In this document: piece by piece, positions 49,324-59,494 of the stretch
Numbering within the stretch: position 1 is the stretch's first letter
How the letters are laid out: every line of letters begins with the position of its first letter
NCBI GenBank assembly: GCA_963778115.1
Contig: CAVZSV010000004.1
Location: 2,848,001 to 2,912,000, forward strand
Source of the DNA: an uncultured delta proteobacterium
GTDB taxonomy: Bacteria > Bdellovibrionota > FAC87 > UBA2466
Reading direction: 5' to 3'
DNA length: 64,000 nucleotides
The notes under the pieces: model-generated
The model's database searches: none
The model's input: the letters and a program-made list of their open reading frames with translations, nothing else
Told to the model about the DNA's origin: nothing
Position numbers and translations under genes: made by a program

Positions 49324-50022
49324 TTAGAAAGATTCCGAGAAGTCACCAGAGCAGTACCAAACTCCGTTGGAGCTGAGGGCCATGTCGTAGCAGAAGCTCT
49401 TATGATAACTGTACATGGCGCGCGAGTGCCCTGAACTCTGTAGCCATCCGCTTTGATCGGCACAAGATCGGGCGTAGGTCATCAGATTCGGCCCCATATT
49501 CGCAAAACTTTCCGATACAATCTCGCCTCCGGCACCCAAGCCGGGCAAAGCGGAGTGGCTTTGACCATGGTTTTTTGCCATGACTTCAGCTTGGTGCTTA
49601 GCCACTGAACATACACGCGGGTCCATTTTACTCAATGCGCTATTTCCCCCTTGTTCCAAGACAGCCAAAGTAAGAGCGAGTTGAGTCGCGGTCATTTGGG
49701 GATTTTCAGTTCTCCATTTTTTGACCCAAGTCATCAGATCGAAATCTTTGACCGGTTTTCCGTATGCGATGCGGTAGGGGTGTGCACTTTTAGGAATTTG
49801 CTCAAAAAGTTTCTTAAGACGCTCCGTGTTTCTCGGATCGCTTACATACTTGCGAACTTCGACCGTGAAAGGGGCCATTCCAGGAGCGATTTCTGGAAAA
49901 GGAACTTCCTGGGCCCTCTCTACTTTTTGGTCACCAGTGCTAACAGTGTGGATTTTGACGTCGTCGGCGGAAGTGGGCAATGCAATCATTAAAAGGCCGA
50001 GGGCAATGAGGAGGTTTTTCAT
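49324..50022 (-). CDS. Secreted CAP/SCP-domain protein
   Basis: AKHQAEVMA..QSH, EIVSES, WLQSSGH, YDMALSSNGVWY. Confidence 0.75.
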   Translation of the reverse strand: MKNLLIALGLLMIALPTSADDVKIHTVSTGDQKVERAQEVPFPEIAPGMAPFTVEVRKYVSDPRNTERLKKLFEQIPKSAHPYRIAYGKPVKDFDLMTWVKKWRTENPQMTATQLALTLAVLEQGGNSALSKMDPRVCSVAKHQAEVMAKNHGQSHSALPGLGAGGEIVSESFANMGPNLMTYARSCADQSGWLQSSGHSRAMYSYHKSFCYDMALSSNGVWYCSGDFSESF

Positions 50023-50107
50023 AAAATTATTATATCAAATTTGCGGCCTGACGCTTATTCCGCCTCTTTATCCGTGTTAGTATTTCCAAAACAAAAAGGG
50101 AGCGCAG

Positions 50108-50854
50108 ATGAAACTTGGGGGAAATACCGTTCTCATTACCGGAGGTGCCACGGGAATTGGTTTCGGCATGGCGAAACGATTTGTGCGCGCCGGCAGTCAG
50201 GTCATTCTTTGTGGCCGTCGAGAGGAAGCTTTACAAGCAGCGCAAAAAGAGCTCCCCGGTATTCAGACTATTGCGTGTGATCTTTCATCTGAAGTCGATC
50301 GCAAGAAGCTATATGAGCAAGCGACGCATTCGTTTCCTCGACTTAATGTTCTGGTCAATAACGCGGGAATTCAAAATCGACCTCCGTCGTTAGTGCAGAC
50401 CCAGAAATGGGAAGAGCATCGAAAAGAGCTCTCGATCAATCTAGAAGCACCGATGCACCTTTCGATGATGTTTATCCCCCACCTCATGCGGCAAGAGGCT
50501 CCCGCTATCATTAACGTATCTTCGGGACTTGCCTTTGCTCCCCTTGCTCTAATGTCGACTTACTGTGCGACTAAAGCGGCATTGCATTCTTTCACCATGA
50601 GTCTTCGTTACCAATTGGCATCTACCCCGATTAAAGTCGTCGAAGTGATTCCCCCGGCCGTGAATACGGACCTTGGTGGAAAGGGTCTCCATACCCAAGG
50701 AGTTCCGTTAGAAGATTTTGTAGAAGACGCCATGAAACATCTAGAGAGGGGCAAACTCGAATTTGGATTCAAAACTTCGGAAGAAAGAAGACTGGCCTCT
50801 CGTCAGCAGTTGGATGAATATTTCGTAGTAATGAACCAGAACTTTAAACCTTAA
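50108..50854 (+). CDS. Short-chain dehydrogenase/reductase (DltE-like)
   Basis: ITGGATGIG, VNNAGI, NVSSGLAF, YCATKAALHS, EVIPPAVNT. Confidence 0.95.
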   Translation: MKLGGNTVLITGGATGIGFGMAKRFVRAGSQVILCGRREEALQAAQKELPGIQTIACDLSSEVDRKKLYEQATHSFPRLNVLVNNAGIQNRPPSLVQTQKWEEHRKELSINLEAPMHLSMMFIPHLMRQEAPAIINVSSGLAFAPLALMSTYCATKAALHSFTMSLRYQLASTPIKVVEVIPPAVNTDLGGKGLHTQGVPLEDFVEDAMKHLERGKLEFGFKTSEERRLASRQQLDEYFVVMNQNFKP

Positions 50855-51027
50855 GCACGGATGGCGCCATTACGATCTGCAGATTATCGCGTCGCTTCGC
50901 TGGTTGCATTAACTGGCTTTGAAAGGCTCTCTGGGACGACATGTATTAAGGGAAACTTTAATCGGTACCGTAGCTTATAGCCCCATTGTTGTATGTTGGT
51001 GCTGTTCCTGGTATTAACGCCTTCCTT

Positions 51028-51831
51028 ATGAATCGGATTCTTCTGACCTTTGCACTAATGACGAGTTTCTCCTTTGCCGCGAGGCCCATCGGACCCTGTG
51101 CCGCTTTGATCGAGGATACCACCCATGCGCGGATTGGAATCGACGATACGCTTAAGATAATTCCGGGCCCTCGGGTGGCAAACCAGATCTTTTCCATTGC
51201 CGCCACCTACTATGATCTTTCGCTCGATCTCGACCGTGCGGATACCTCGAAGATTGCGAAGCTAATCGCCAGAAAAGACGTTCCCGAAGCGAGTGTGAAA
51301 CAGATCCTCGATACTGGCAATTTGGCCTCGCTGGCGGAACTACTTCCTCCCCAAGTCAGACAAAAGCTCGGACAACACGATACCGCGATGTGTTATGAAG
51401 CGGCTTTCTCCTTTAATGATCCCAACTACAAACATTTAACGAACTTCATGCCCTATTTGAGAAGCCGCTACTATCCGCTCGGAACGCGAGGGGAATCGCT
51501 TCGGTACGGAGATCTCATCGTCATGTGGAGACAGCATCCGGATCGGAAGAGATTTTTCACTCAGCACGCAGCGATCTACTTGGGAGGTGATTTTCTTTAC
51601 CATAAGTTCGGTCCCGATCGTCGGGCCGCGTACGAGTTCATTACGTTTGAGAGTTTAGTGGCCTATTACCAAGTTACCATGGCGGCGGCCCTTCAGGGGG
51701 CACGAAAAGCCGATGAGTATACGTTGCCCTTTCACTTCGAATATATGCGTTATGACCCTCACTTATCGAGAGAGGCGTGGAAAGTGAGAGCCATCCAAAA
51801 ATCCATCGATTTTCATTCAGGAAATAATTAA
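51028..51831 (+). CDS. Secreted papain-fold (NlpC/P60-like) protein
   Basis: Signal peptide then CAALI; CYEAA, LRYGDLIV, QHAAIYLG..YHKFG. Confidence 0.7.
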   Translation: MNRILLTFALMTSFSFAARPIGPCAALIEDTTHARIGIDDTLKIIPGPRVANQIFSIAATYYDLSLDLDRADTSKIAKLIARKDVPEASVKQILDTGNLASLAELLPPQVRQKLGQHDTAMCYEAAFSFNDPNYKHLTNFMPYLRSRYYPLGTRGESLRYGDLIVMWRQHPDRKRFFTQHAAIYLGGDFLYHKFGPDRRAAYEFITFESLVAYYQVTMAAALQGARKADEYTLPFHFEYMRYDPHLSREAWKVRAIQKSIDFHSGNN

Positions 51832-52286
51832 TAGGTAATTCATTTTATCAGGCGAATAGCGGGTATCTGGCGATCGTCTTAGGGTTTCAGGAACTGGCGA
51901 AAATAGGCAAATTCCGCGGGTCCCATTTCATATCGGTTTCTTTGATGAGCCGTGAAGTACGTTCCCTCAGGATAGTCGTAAACGTCTCTCCTAGGAATAT
52001 TGAGTCGTTCTAGAAGGCCGTTAGGCGCTGGATTAATGGTGGCCGGTTCACATAAGATCTTCTAAAGATGAAATCTCTACCTGAGCGAGGTATGCCATCG
52101 GAATAATTGTCAAAAGGCGCCGCTTTCTAGACGAAAGCCGCTTGCTTTTTCATTTCGAGCTTTCTTATGGTTACTCGTGGGGAAAGTAACCACTTTATCC
52201 CGCTCGATTGCCTCTGCTACTGGAATACTCGTCGCCGTTTAAGTATCTACTCGTCCATCGATAAACCAATTTAAACGGAGGTATCC

Positions 52287-52661
52287 ATGAAAAAGGGAAC
52301 TATGTTGTTTGTGCTTTCTTTGGCGCTGGTTTGCGTGGGTGAACGCGCTCATGCGGCTGAGTCTTATATTCAGCAGTATTACCGCGAACAAGTTCAGGCT
52401 TCGTTTGGCGAAACAATGCCGAGTGATCATGCTTTTCTGCGGGCTTGTACGGGCACCTACACCTCTGGGGGAAGAACGGTTGCCTTTTTTTCCGATGGGC
52501 ATGCTGAGTATTCGAAAGATGATGGTCCTATCGCGCGTGGCAAGTGGTCGCAAAGCGGAACTACAATTACGATTAGCTTCTTCGGTGGCTCAGAAACTAT
52601 AGAGGCCTCTAACGATTGTGAAACCCTCAATTGGGATGGAAAGACTTTCCGTCGATCCTAA
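52287..52661 (+). CDS. Small secreted beta-rich protein
   Basis: GGAGG RBS; signal peptide; GTY..F.SDG..GKWSQSG pattern. Confidence 0.8.
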   Translation: MKKGTMLFVLSLALVCVGERAHAAESYIQQYYREQVQASFGETMPSDHAFLRACTGTYTSGGRTVAFFSDGHAEYSKDDGPIARGKWSQSGTTITISFFGGSETIEASNDCETLNWDGKTFRRS

Positions 52662-52677
52662 TCAAGGTTTCAAATGA

Positions 52678-52716
52678 AGTACGCCCCTTTCCTCTCTCTC
52701 GGGAAAGGGGCGTACG
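52678..52716 (+). terminator. Stem-loop after gene
   Basis: GTACGCCCCTTTCC..GGAAAGGGGCGTAC 14-bp stem. Confidence 0.7.
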
Positions 52717-52745
52717 TCTATTAGCAGAGCTGCTATACTGCTTTG

Positions 52746-54071
52746 ATGAAGGGTTTTGGATTTTGGACGGGTTGGTTTGTCGTCGTAGCGAGCATGGTCG
52801 GCTCGGGTATTCTTACCAACTCCGGCCCTATTCTTGCTGAGAGCGGTAGCTACTTTGGCCTGATGATAACGTGGTTAGTGGGAGGGTTAATTGCCTTATG
52901 CGGGGCCTTCACTCTGGCGGAGTTAGCGAGCGGTCTCCCCGGAAGAGGCGGGGATTACGCTTACGTCAGAGAAGCACTCGGACCTGCGTGGGGATTTGTT
53001 TATGGCTGGTCGATGGTGGTTGTCGGATTTGCGGCGCCCATCGCGTTAGTCGCTTACGCGACAGCCAACTATTTTTCTCCACTGCTTTTGCATGCCTTCG
53101 GTAAGTACCTAAGTCTCTCACACGAAAGAGAGATCGTTCTCATTTTAGCAACTCTGTTGATTTTGAAGTTCACGCTATCGCATTCTTTGGGGCACCAAAG
53201 CAGCGCGAAAGTTCAAGCTGGGATAACGATCTTTAATGTATCGGTTCTCATCGTGGCGAGCGTGCTTTGTATAGTGAGTCCTCAGAGTTCTTTTGCCCAT
53301 TTCGGACAGGCTCGGCCACTTTCGGAAACTGGAATCACCCACTGGGGAAGCCATATCATCCTTGTTCTGTACGCGTACACGGGTTGGAATGCATCTGCTT
53401 ATCTGAGCGGTGAAATGAGAAACCCTGCTCGCAACTTGCCGCGCACGCTTATTTGGGGATGCCTGGGAGTTACGGGACTCTATCTTTTGGTTAATCTCGC
53501 CTACAGTGTTACGCTCTCTGCTCAAACCATTTCCACCCTTACTGCCGCCGATCAGGAAAGGCTGGCCGAGGTCTCGATACACTTTGCCGTAGGACCCCTA
53601 TTTGCCAAAATCTTCTCTGCTCTCATTAGTATGGGGTTACTCGCATCGCTGAGTGCCTTTATTATGACGGGACCACGCATCGTCCATGCCATGGCTCATG
53701 ACGGACTTTTTCCTAAATTTGCAGGTAACCTTAGAGGTCATGTTCCGCTGTTTGCCATAGTGTTCCAAGGACTTTTGTCCCTTATCTTTTTGTGGTCGGG
53801 GACTTTCGAACACGTCCTCGAGTTTGCGGGGTACGGGTTGGCGGTAATCGGGTTATTAACGGTATTTCCTATTTTTGTCTTAAGAAAACGAACTAACTTC
53901 AAACCTGCGTTTCGAACACCTTTTTATCCTCTTCCGCCGATCGTCTTTCTTACTGTCAGCATGGCCTCACTGATTCTGACTTTCTTGGACAAACCGCTCT
54001 CTTCGTTGGGGTCACTTGCCACTATCTTGATGGCGCTTCCCCTTTACCTTCTGGCCAGACGTTTCCTCTAA
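52746..54071 (+). CDS. APC-family amino acid permease
   Basis: SMVGSGI, AELASGLPGRGGDY, YAYTGWN, GEMRNPARNLPR, GPRIVHAMAHDGLFP, FRTPFYP. Confidence 0.95.
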   Translation: MKGFGFWTGWFVVVASMVGSGILTNSGPILAESGSYFGLMITWLVGGLIALCGAFTLAELASGLPGRGGDYAYVREALGPAWGFVYGWSMVVVGFAAPIALVAYATANYFSPLLLHAFGKYLSLSHEREIVLILATLLILKFTLSHSLGHQSSAKVQAGITIFNVSVLIVASVLCIVSPQSSFAHFGQARPLSETGITHWGSHIILVLYAYTGWNASAYLSGEMRNPARNLPRTLIWGCLGVTGLYLLVNLAYSVTLSAQTISTLTAADQERLAEVSIHFAVGPLFAKIFSALISMGLLASLSAFIMTGPRIVHAMAHDGLFPKFAGNLRGHVPLFAIVFQGLLSLIFLWSGTFEHVLEFAGYGLAVIGLLTVFPIFVLRKRTNFKPAFRTPFYPLPPIVFLTVSMASLILTFLDKPLSSLGSLATILMALPLYLLARRFL

Positions 54072-54084
54072 CTTTCTATTCCCG

Positions 54085-55416
54085 CTAACGTCCATCAGCA
54101 CGCACGCACCGGAAGACGATAACTTTATCTGAAGTTGTTTCGACGGTTTGCTGAAATGAGGAAGTTTGGGCTGTGAAGGTTGTCTTTTTCGTCGCCAGAT
54201 TGGCGTGGGCGTTGAAATCAGAATCGGGTAAGGGCAGTGAAGCCGCCGAAGCAAGACCGCTCAACGTCGAAAAATCGTATTCATAAAGGTTATAAGAAAC
54301 TCCCGGAGTAAGTCCGCTTATCGTAGCCTGAAGACTGACACCCATCCAAGTCGGAGGAACATTCGTGCAAATGCTGTTAATTTCATCCCCGATAGCGGGA
54401 GACTCGAAATTGAAACCGATCCCTGTCTGGGGGGGATTTGCTACCCCATCGAGACTAGAGCCTACGATCGTTACCGCCACGGGGAGGGTTTCGTGACCTG
54501 GATCAATAGGGCCCGTGACGGCAAAGGCATAGTTAGAGGGGGTAATCGGCTTAGGATTGACATGGATACCGTCCCCACCGGTGCCTGAATAGACAGGCGC
54601 TCCGCCCGGGATCAGGATGGAATAGACGTTGGCGGTGAGAGCGTTGGCCGAAATTCTGGTTTGAGCGAGCGATCCAAAGGTATACCCGTCGTCGAATGCG
54701 GTTCCCCCCTCGCCATGATCTTCAAAATACAGAACGTCATCGTCAAAGTAAGTGGAGTCGGTAGGGGAATGATTGGTACCTATCTTAGCTACGGTAACCT
54801 CGTGGTCGTATTGGGGGTCATCTCCGCCACGATTGAGGACACCAATGGCTACCGTGTCGCCCGCAATAAGACGTTCTTTTACCCATGACATGAATTGTTG
54901 GTATCCGGCGATACCACTGGGCTGGGATCGGTAGTTGAAACCTTGAGAGATTAGATGGGCATTTTTGAGGCAAGTACCGCTACTGGCAAACGGCTCGTCG
55001 CCCACATTGGGATCCTCAAATAGAAATTGTGCGTTGTAATTGGCGGTGAGATCGTTTGCCGCGCAAAATCCATCCGGCCCCGATTGCGAAAGCTCAGTTC
55101 CGCAAATAAGCCGGGCGTTGAATTGAGACATCCAAAGCCCGGCGAACATGCCGGCTTCGATGGAGCTTACTTCGCCGCAGTATCCATTATTCGCCATCCA
55201 TTGCATGTAGGGACTGATGGGATTTCTTGAAACGATGTAACTTTGGGAGCTCGTCCGACTTCGGTTGCTTCGGTCTCTGAGGGTAAAATCTACATGTTTT
55301 CCGGGCGCTTTGGGAAGCGGGTTGACGATACTTTCTGCAAAGACGTTTGTTAGCGTTAAGACCCCCAACACTGGGCCCAAAAAAGATAGAAGTTTCACCC
55401 ATCCCCCCTTGCCCAT
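54085..55416 (-). CDS. Secreted protein with papain/C39-like peptidase motifs
   Basis: Signal peptide; QWMANNGYCGEVS, YDHEV, FEDH; beta-sandwich-like C-terminus. Confidence 0.65.
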   Translation of the reverse strand: MGKGGWVKLLSFLGPVLGVLTLTNVFAESIVNPLPKAPGKHVDFTLRDRSNRSRTSSQSYIVSRNPISPYMQWMANNGYCGEVSSIEAGMFAGLWMSQFNARLICGTELSQSGPDGFCAANDLTANYNAQFLFEDPNVGDEPFASSGTCLKNAHLISQGFNYRSQPSGIAGYQQFMSWVKERLIAGDTVAIGVLNRGGDDPQYDHEVTVAKIGTNHSPTDSTYFDDDVLYFEDHGEGGTAFDDGYTFGSLAQTRISANALTANVYSILIPGGAPVYSGTGGDGIHVNPKPITPSNYAFAVTGPIDPGHETLPVAVTIVGSSLDGVANPPQTGIGFNFESPAIGDEINSICTNVPPTWMGVSLQATISGLTPGVSYNLYEYDFSTLSGLASAASLPLPDSDFNAHANLATKKTTFTAQTSSFQQTVETTSDKVIVFRCVRADGR

Positions 55417-55510
55417 TAAGGTAATACTTCGAAGACGCCAGCACTATCGATAAAACAAAATCTCTTATCGTTCGTCTTAGGGATGGGAAGGCAAGCGCTA
55501 GGCTCTTTAT

Positions 55511-56623
55511 CTATTCTATAAATTCGAATTTCAGCTGATCCAGATTTTCCTCAGGTTTGGCTGAGGCCAAGCGCACGCCAATTCCGATAAGGCGCACCGC
55601 TTCCTTACGACGGTTCCATGCGGTGGTAAGAAGAGTTTCGAATGCTTTGGGAGTCGGCCAGCCGGAAGTGGTGGTTTCGTGAGTCGTTGTCTTAAAGTCG
55701 TGAAATTTTAGCTTTACCACGATGCCCCTGATGCGATCAGCATAGTTACCCTTTCGCATACTGGTCTGCCAAGATTGGAATAGCACCGGGAGATAGCGCA
55801 AGCAGTCTTCTAACTTTTCCAAATCTTGATCAAAGGTCTCTTCGACGGTGAGCGACTTACGTTGCGAATGGGACTCCACGGCTCTAGGATCGATTCCGTA
55901 GGACATCTCCCAGAGGTCCTTACCTCGTGAACCAAACCAGCGGGTTAGCTGTTCTAGCGACTGTTTTTGGATGTCTGCGCATTCATAGAGACCTAAGCTG
56001 TGCATCTTTTCGGCTGTTACCTTTCCCACGCCATAAATTTTTTCGATTTTAAGAGAGGGCATAAAGGCTGCAATGTCCTCAGGCCGAATCACGAATTGGC
56101 CATTTGGTTTTTTCCAGTCGCTTGCGATTTTGGCTAAGAATTTATTGGGAGCAATTCCCGCCGAAGCGGTTAAGCCCGTCTCTTTGAGAATGATCGATCG
56201 GATTTCACTGGCAATGCGGGTGGCACTCCCTGAGTGATGCAGAGAGCCTGTGACATCTAAGTAAGCCTCATCCAGGGAGAGAGGTTCGACTTTCTCGGTA
56301 AACCGAGCAAAGATTTCGCGTACGGCAAGGCTCTCTTTCCGGTACCGTTCGAAATGGGGGGGAACAATAATAAGATGAGGGCACAACCTAACGGCCTGGC
56401 TCGATGGCATCGCCGAACGAACTCCGAACTTTCGTGCCTCATAGCTCGCCGTGGTTAACACACTTCGGCTATTGGCAGGTCCCCCGACCGCGATGGGCTT
56501 ACCGCGCAACTTCGGTTCGTGCTTTATCTCGACAGCGGCGTAGAAACAGTCCATGTCGATATGAATAATCTTACGGATAGGCCTAACTGCCGTTTCCGCC
56601 GAGATGGAGGGCTTGGTATCCAA
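55511..56623 (-). CDS. dinB: DNA polymerase IV
   Basis: RKIIHIDMDCFYAAVE, ASYEARKFGV, SLDEAYLD, NKFLAKIASDWKKPNG. Confidence 0.98.
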   Translation of the reverse strand: MDTKPSISAETAVRPIRKIIHIDMDCFYAAVEIKHEPKLRGKPIAVGGPANSRSVLTTASYEARKFGVRSAMPSSQAVRLCPHLIIVPPHFERYRKESLAVREIFARFTEKVEPLSLDEAYLDVTGSLHHSGSATRIASEIRSIILKETGLTASAGIAPNKFLAKIASDWKKPNGQFVIRPEDIAAFMPSLKIEKIYGVGKVTAEKMHSLGLYECADIQKQSLEQLTRWFGSRGKDLWEMSYGIDPRAVESHSQRKSLTVEETFDQDLEKLEDCLRYLPVLFQSWQTSMRKGNYADRIRGIVVKLKFHDFKTTTHETTTSGWPTPKAFETLLTTAWNRRKEAVRLIGIGVRLASAKPEENLDQLKFEFIE

Positions 56624-56755
56624 CGTAAGGGAAAGGTATCAATCAAACTTTTCGCCGTAAAGCTGGTCATAAACGGAGTCAAAAAAACAACTCTTTCGAA
56701 GGCGAGTGACGGATGCAGAGTTTGTGCTATAGCAGAGGAGTCACGGAGGTCTTTC

Positions 56756-57811
56756 ATGCCTTTCGCGTTCTTTTTTCTCTTTGCTTTTCTGGGCGGTTGT
56801 AGTTCCGTTGCTCCCACCCATTTCGAAATTAATACCGCTCCTTTAGCCAGTGAGGCGAAGATTTTTCTAGTCGCAGGTTCTCACGACAACGCCAATTTTG
56901 CGCAAGAGATAATCGATCAGAAAAATATATGGCTTTCTCTTGGTTATAAGGAATCGGAGATAGTCTGCTATTATGCTCCCCCCGTCAGTGAGTCGATAGC
57001 GGAGGACAAAGAACAATTTGAAAAGTTAGCCCCTGAGTTAAAGCGCTGCTATCCCGCAAGTCCCATTGTCTTGAGGAAACATTTTCGTTCGGTGGCGAGT
57101 CAGCACCCTAAATTTATCTATCTATTTGTCACTTCTCACGGTCAATCCCCACACAATCCGGAGTACCTAAAAGCAATCGGCGTGAGCGACGACGATATCG
57201 CGCTTGCTAACCTTTACCGAGATGTCAAAGACGCTCAGGTAAAACCCGATTTTCTTGAAGCAAAACATGAATGGGAGAACCGGATGAAGCAATATCCGGG
57301 AGTGAATTCGTACATTCTTTTCACGGAGACTTCCCCTTCGGGGCGACCCACCTACCTTTTTCAAATGGCGGGTGCGATTCTTCATAAGAAGGTGCCCATC
57401 GACGATATTTTGCTAACCCCTAGCTCGTTAGCTGACCTGATGAATATTTTTCCCAAGAATACCTCGAAGTATGTAGTGCTTCAGGGATGCTTTTCTGGAG
57501 GGTTTATCGACCCTGCAGAGGGGGAGCGCGGATTGCGCGATCTTTCTTCGGTCACCGTACTCACCGCCTCAGATGCCAATCGGGTGAGTTTCGGCTGCAA
57601 TCCTAAACTTCAGGCCACGTTTTTCGGAAGGGAGCTTAATCTGAAGCTGAAGGAACAGGGAAAGGCTATCAACCAAATGGATTGGGCAAAGCTGTTCTCC
57701 GAGGTGAGGTATTCCGTGATAAAAAATGAGGAAGCTCTGTCTCTGCCCCCTTCACTGCCGCAGTTTTTTACGAACCGTTCCTCTCAGAAGGGCTCTCTAT
57801 TGACGAAATAG
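56756..57811 (+). CDS. C13 (legumain/caspase-like) peptidase lipoprotein
   Basis: GGAGG RBS before ATG 56756; lipobox LGGC; FVTSHG, LQGCFSGGF, LTASDANRVSFGC, TFFG. Confidence 0.88.
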   Translation: MPFAFFFLFAFLGGCSSVAPTHFEINTAPLASEAKIFLVAGSHDNANFAQEIIDQKNIWLSLGYKESEIVCYYAPPVSESIAEDKEQFEKLAPELKRCYPASPIVLRKHFRSVASQHPKFIYLFVTSHGQSPHNPEYLKAIGVSDDDIALANLYRDVKDAQVKPDFLEAKHEWENRMKQYPGVNSYILFTETSPSGRPTYLFQMAGAILHKKVPIDDILLTPSSLADLMNIFPKNTSKYVVLQGCFSGGFIDPAEGERGLRDLSSVTVLTASDANRVSFGCNPKLQATFFGRELNLKLKEQGKAINQMDWAKLFSEVRYSVIKNEEALSLPPSLPQFFTNRSSQKGSLLTK

Positions 57812-57829
57812 GAGGTAGCAGAGAGGCAG

Positions 57830-57981
57830 ATGAACCAGCTCGCGAGTGATGGACAAGAGGCGATGGACTATTTGTTTTATTGGACTTGAATCTCCCCAAA
57901 AAGGATGGACGCGAGGCTCTTAGGGAATTTAAACAGAACGAAAAGGTCAGACGAATTCCCGTTTTGGTTCTGACTACCTCC
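57830..57981 (+). pseudogene. Response regulator remnant (Rcp1 type) with internal deletion/frameshift
   Basis: [11 protein letters not shown] in one frame, then [35 protein letters not shown] in another; receiver N- and C-termini missing. Confidence 0.85.
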
Positions 57982-57987
57982 ACGTTC

Positions 57988-59400
57988 CTAGCTACAATGA
58001 TTCTCTTTCCTCATTAAATCCAGGAATAAATTTCCGATGTAATCTCTCTTCCCCATTTTTGATTTAACATCTTCGCAAGGGGAGCGCATTTCTCTAAAGA
58101 TTCTCATACGGCGGGCGAGCGATTCACTTCGTCCATCTGGTCTCTGTTCATCTAATAGATTCTTAGTCTCTCTCAGCATGAGAGTATTATGAACGACTAG
58201 AAAACATAGGATCAGTGCAGCGATCTTTAAGCACTTCGGACGGACTTTCATCCATTCTCTCATCAAAGCCGATATGCCAACGAAAGCGACAGCAAGGGTG
58301 GGTAGGGGATAATAGATCCGTCTGAAAATGGGCAACATTTGTACTGCCAATCGTGAGGTTAAGACTTCTTGAACGAAAATAGCGGTAAATACCCCATAGA
58401 GAAATAGAAAGGGAAGGTGAGAAACGAAAATACTGGAACGTTGACGGGTTGAGAATTGGTTCCTCCTTAGAAAGACCGTTAGGAACAGAAGAAATAGTAC
58501 CAATAGCATGCTCAAAGGCGTGCTTAGGCTTCCCAGGAAAAACCGGAGTTGGTCGAACACAAGTCCAAGGCAGGGCAAGATCTTCGGAAGGAGGGTTGAA
58601 AGCAAAGTCTTGCTCTCCAACTTACTGGTCTCAAAGCCTGCAACATACCCGTTTAACGTTTCAATGAGCCAGGGTCCCACGTAAAGGTAATAGATCGTAT
58701 ACGACACAAATGCCAGAGATGAAACGAGCGAAAACCGGGAGAAGTCTTCCTTATGGTCGGCGTCGAGGTATTTTGAGAGCGTACAGTACGCAACGATCCC
58801 CAATACAAAAAAGGCGCCTTGCGGATCATAGAGTTCCGCCGCAAATAAAGTTAGGAAAAGCGCTCCTGAAAGCCAAAGGGTTTTGCGATTCCTTTGTAGA
58901 GGGGAACTTCGGTCCATCAACAGAAGGGAAAGAAAGATAAAAAAAGAACATCCTATTTTGGCGGAGTGATGAAAGTATCCGTGCCAAAAAAAAGCGGGAG
59001 AAGTCAACAGTAGCGCTATGAGCAAGAAAGACAAGAGGGGATCCATTTGCCAACGTCTGACGAAACAATTCCATGAAATAAAGATGATTAAGATCTCAAA
59101 AAAATATTTCGATAGCGACAGCCAGAGCGACATTTTGTGCTCCGCCAAAAAAAATAGAGTATGGACATCCAAGGAATCGGTTACATAGGAAAGTTCTCGT
59201 GCTTGGAAGTTGTCACTGGAGTGCCCGCCTTCGGTTCCCTCGATGTTGTAGATGCTTTTTATAAAGGGTCGGGTAAGAAGAAAGTTACGTATCGTAACGC
59301 GGTGCTCGATGTGGTCCGCTCCATCATTTCTCTGAAGGTAAGCAGAGACTAGTGGAATCATTAAAAGAAATATTAGGTAAACGTTGGAATACTTTTTCAT
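57988..59400 (-). CDS. Polytopic membrane protein, possible GT-C-like glycosyltransferase
   Basis: About 11 hydrophobic segments; [20 protein letters not shown] motifs. Confidence 0.65.
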   Translation of the reverse strand: MKKYSNVYLIFLLMIPLVSAYLQRNDGADHIEHRVTIRNFLLTRPFIKSIYNIEGTEGGHSSDNFQARELSYVTDSLDVHTLFFLAEHKMSLWLSLSKYFFEILIIFISWNCFVRRWQMDPLLSFLLIALLLTSPAFFWHGYFHHSAKIGCSFFIFLSLLLMDRSSPLQRNRKTLWLSGALFLTLFAAELYDPQGAFFVLGIVAYCTLSKYLDADHKEDFSRFSLVSSLAFVSYTIYYLYVGPWLIETLNGYVAGFETSKLESKTLLSTLLPKILPCLGLVFDQLRFFLGSLSTPLSMLLVLFLLFLTVFLRRNQFSTRQRSSIFVSHLPFLFLYGVFTAIFVQEVLTSRLAVQMLPIFRRIYYPLPTLAVAFVGISALMREWMKVRPKCLKIAALILCFLVVHNTLMLRETKNLLDEQRPDGRSESLARRMRIFREMRSPCEDVKSKMGKRDYIGNLFLDLMRKENHCS

Positions 59401-59494
59401 GTATCGCAGTAAGTATACCTGAGGTCACCATTTATTAAATAGGTAGCGAAAAGTAACGAATACATTCTGGTAGCTACCGTGCTATGACGAACCT

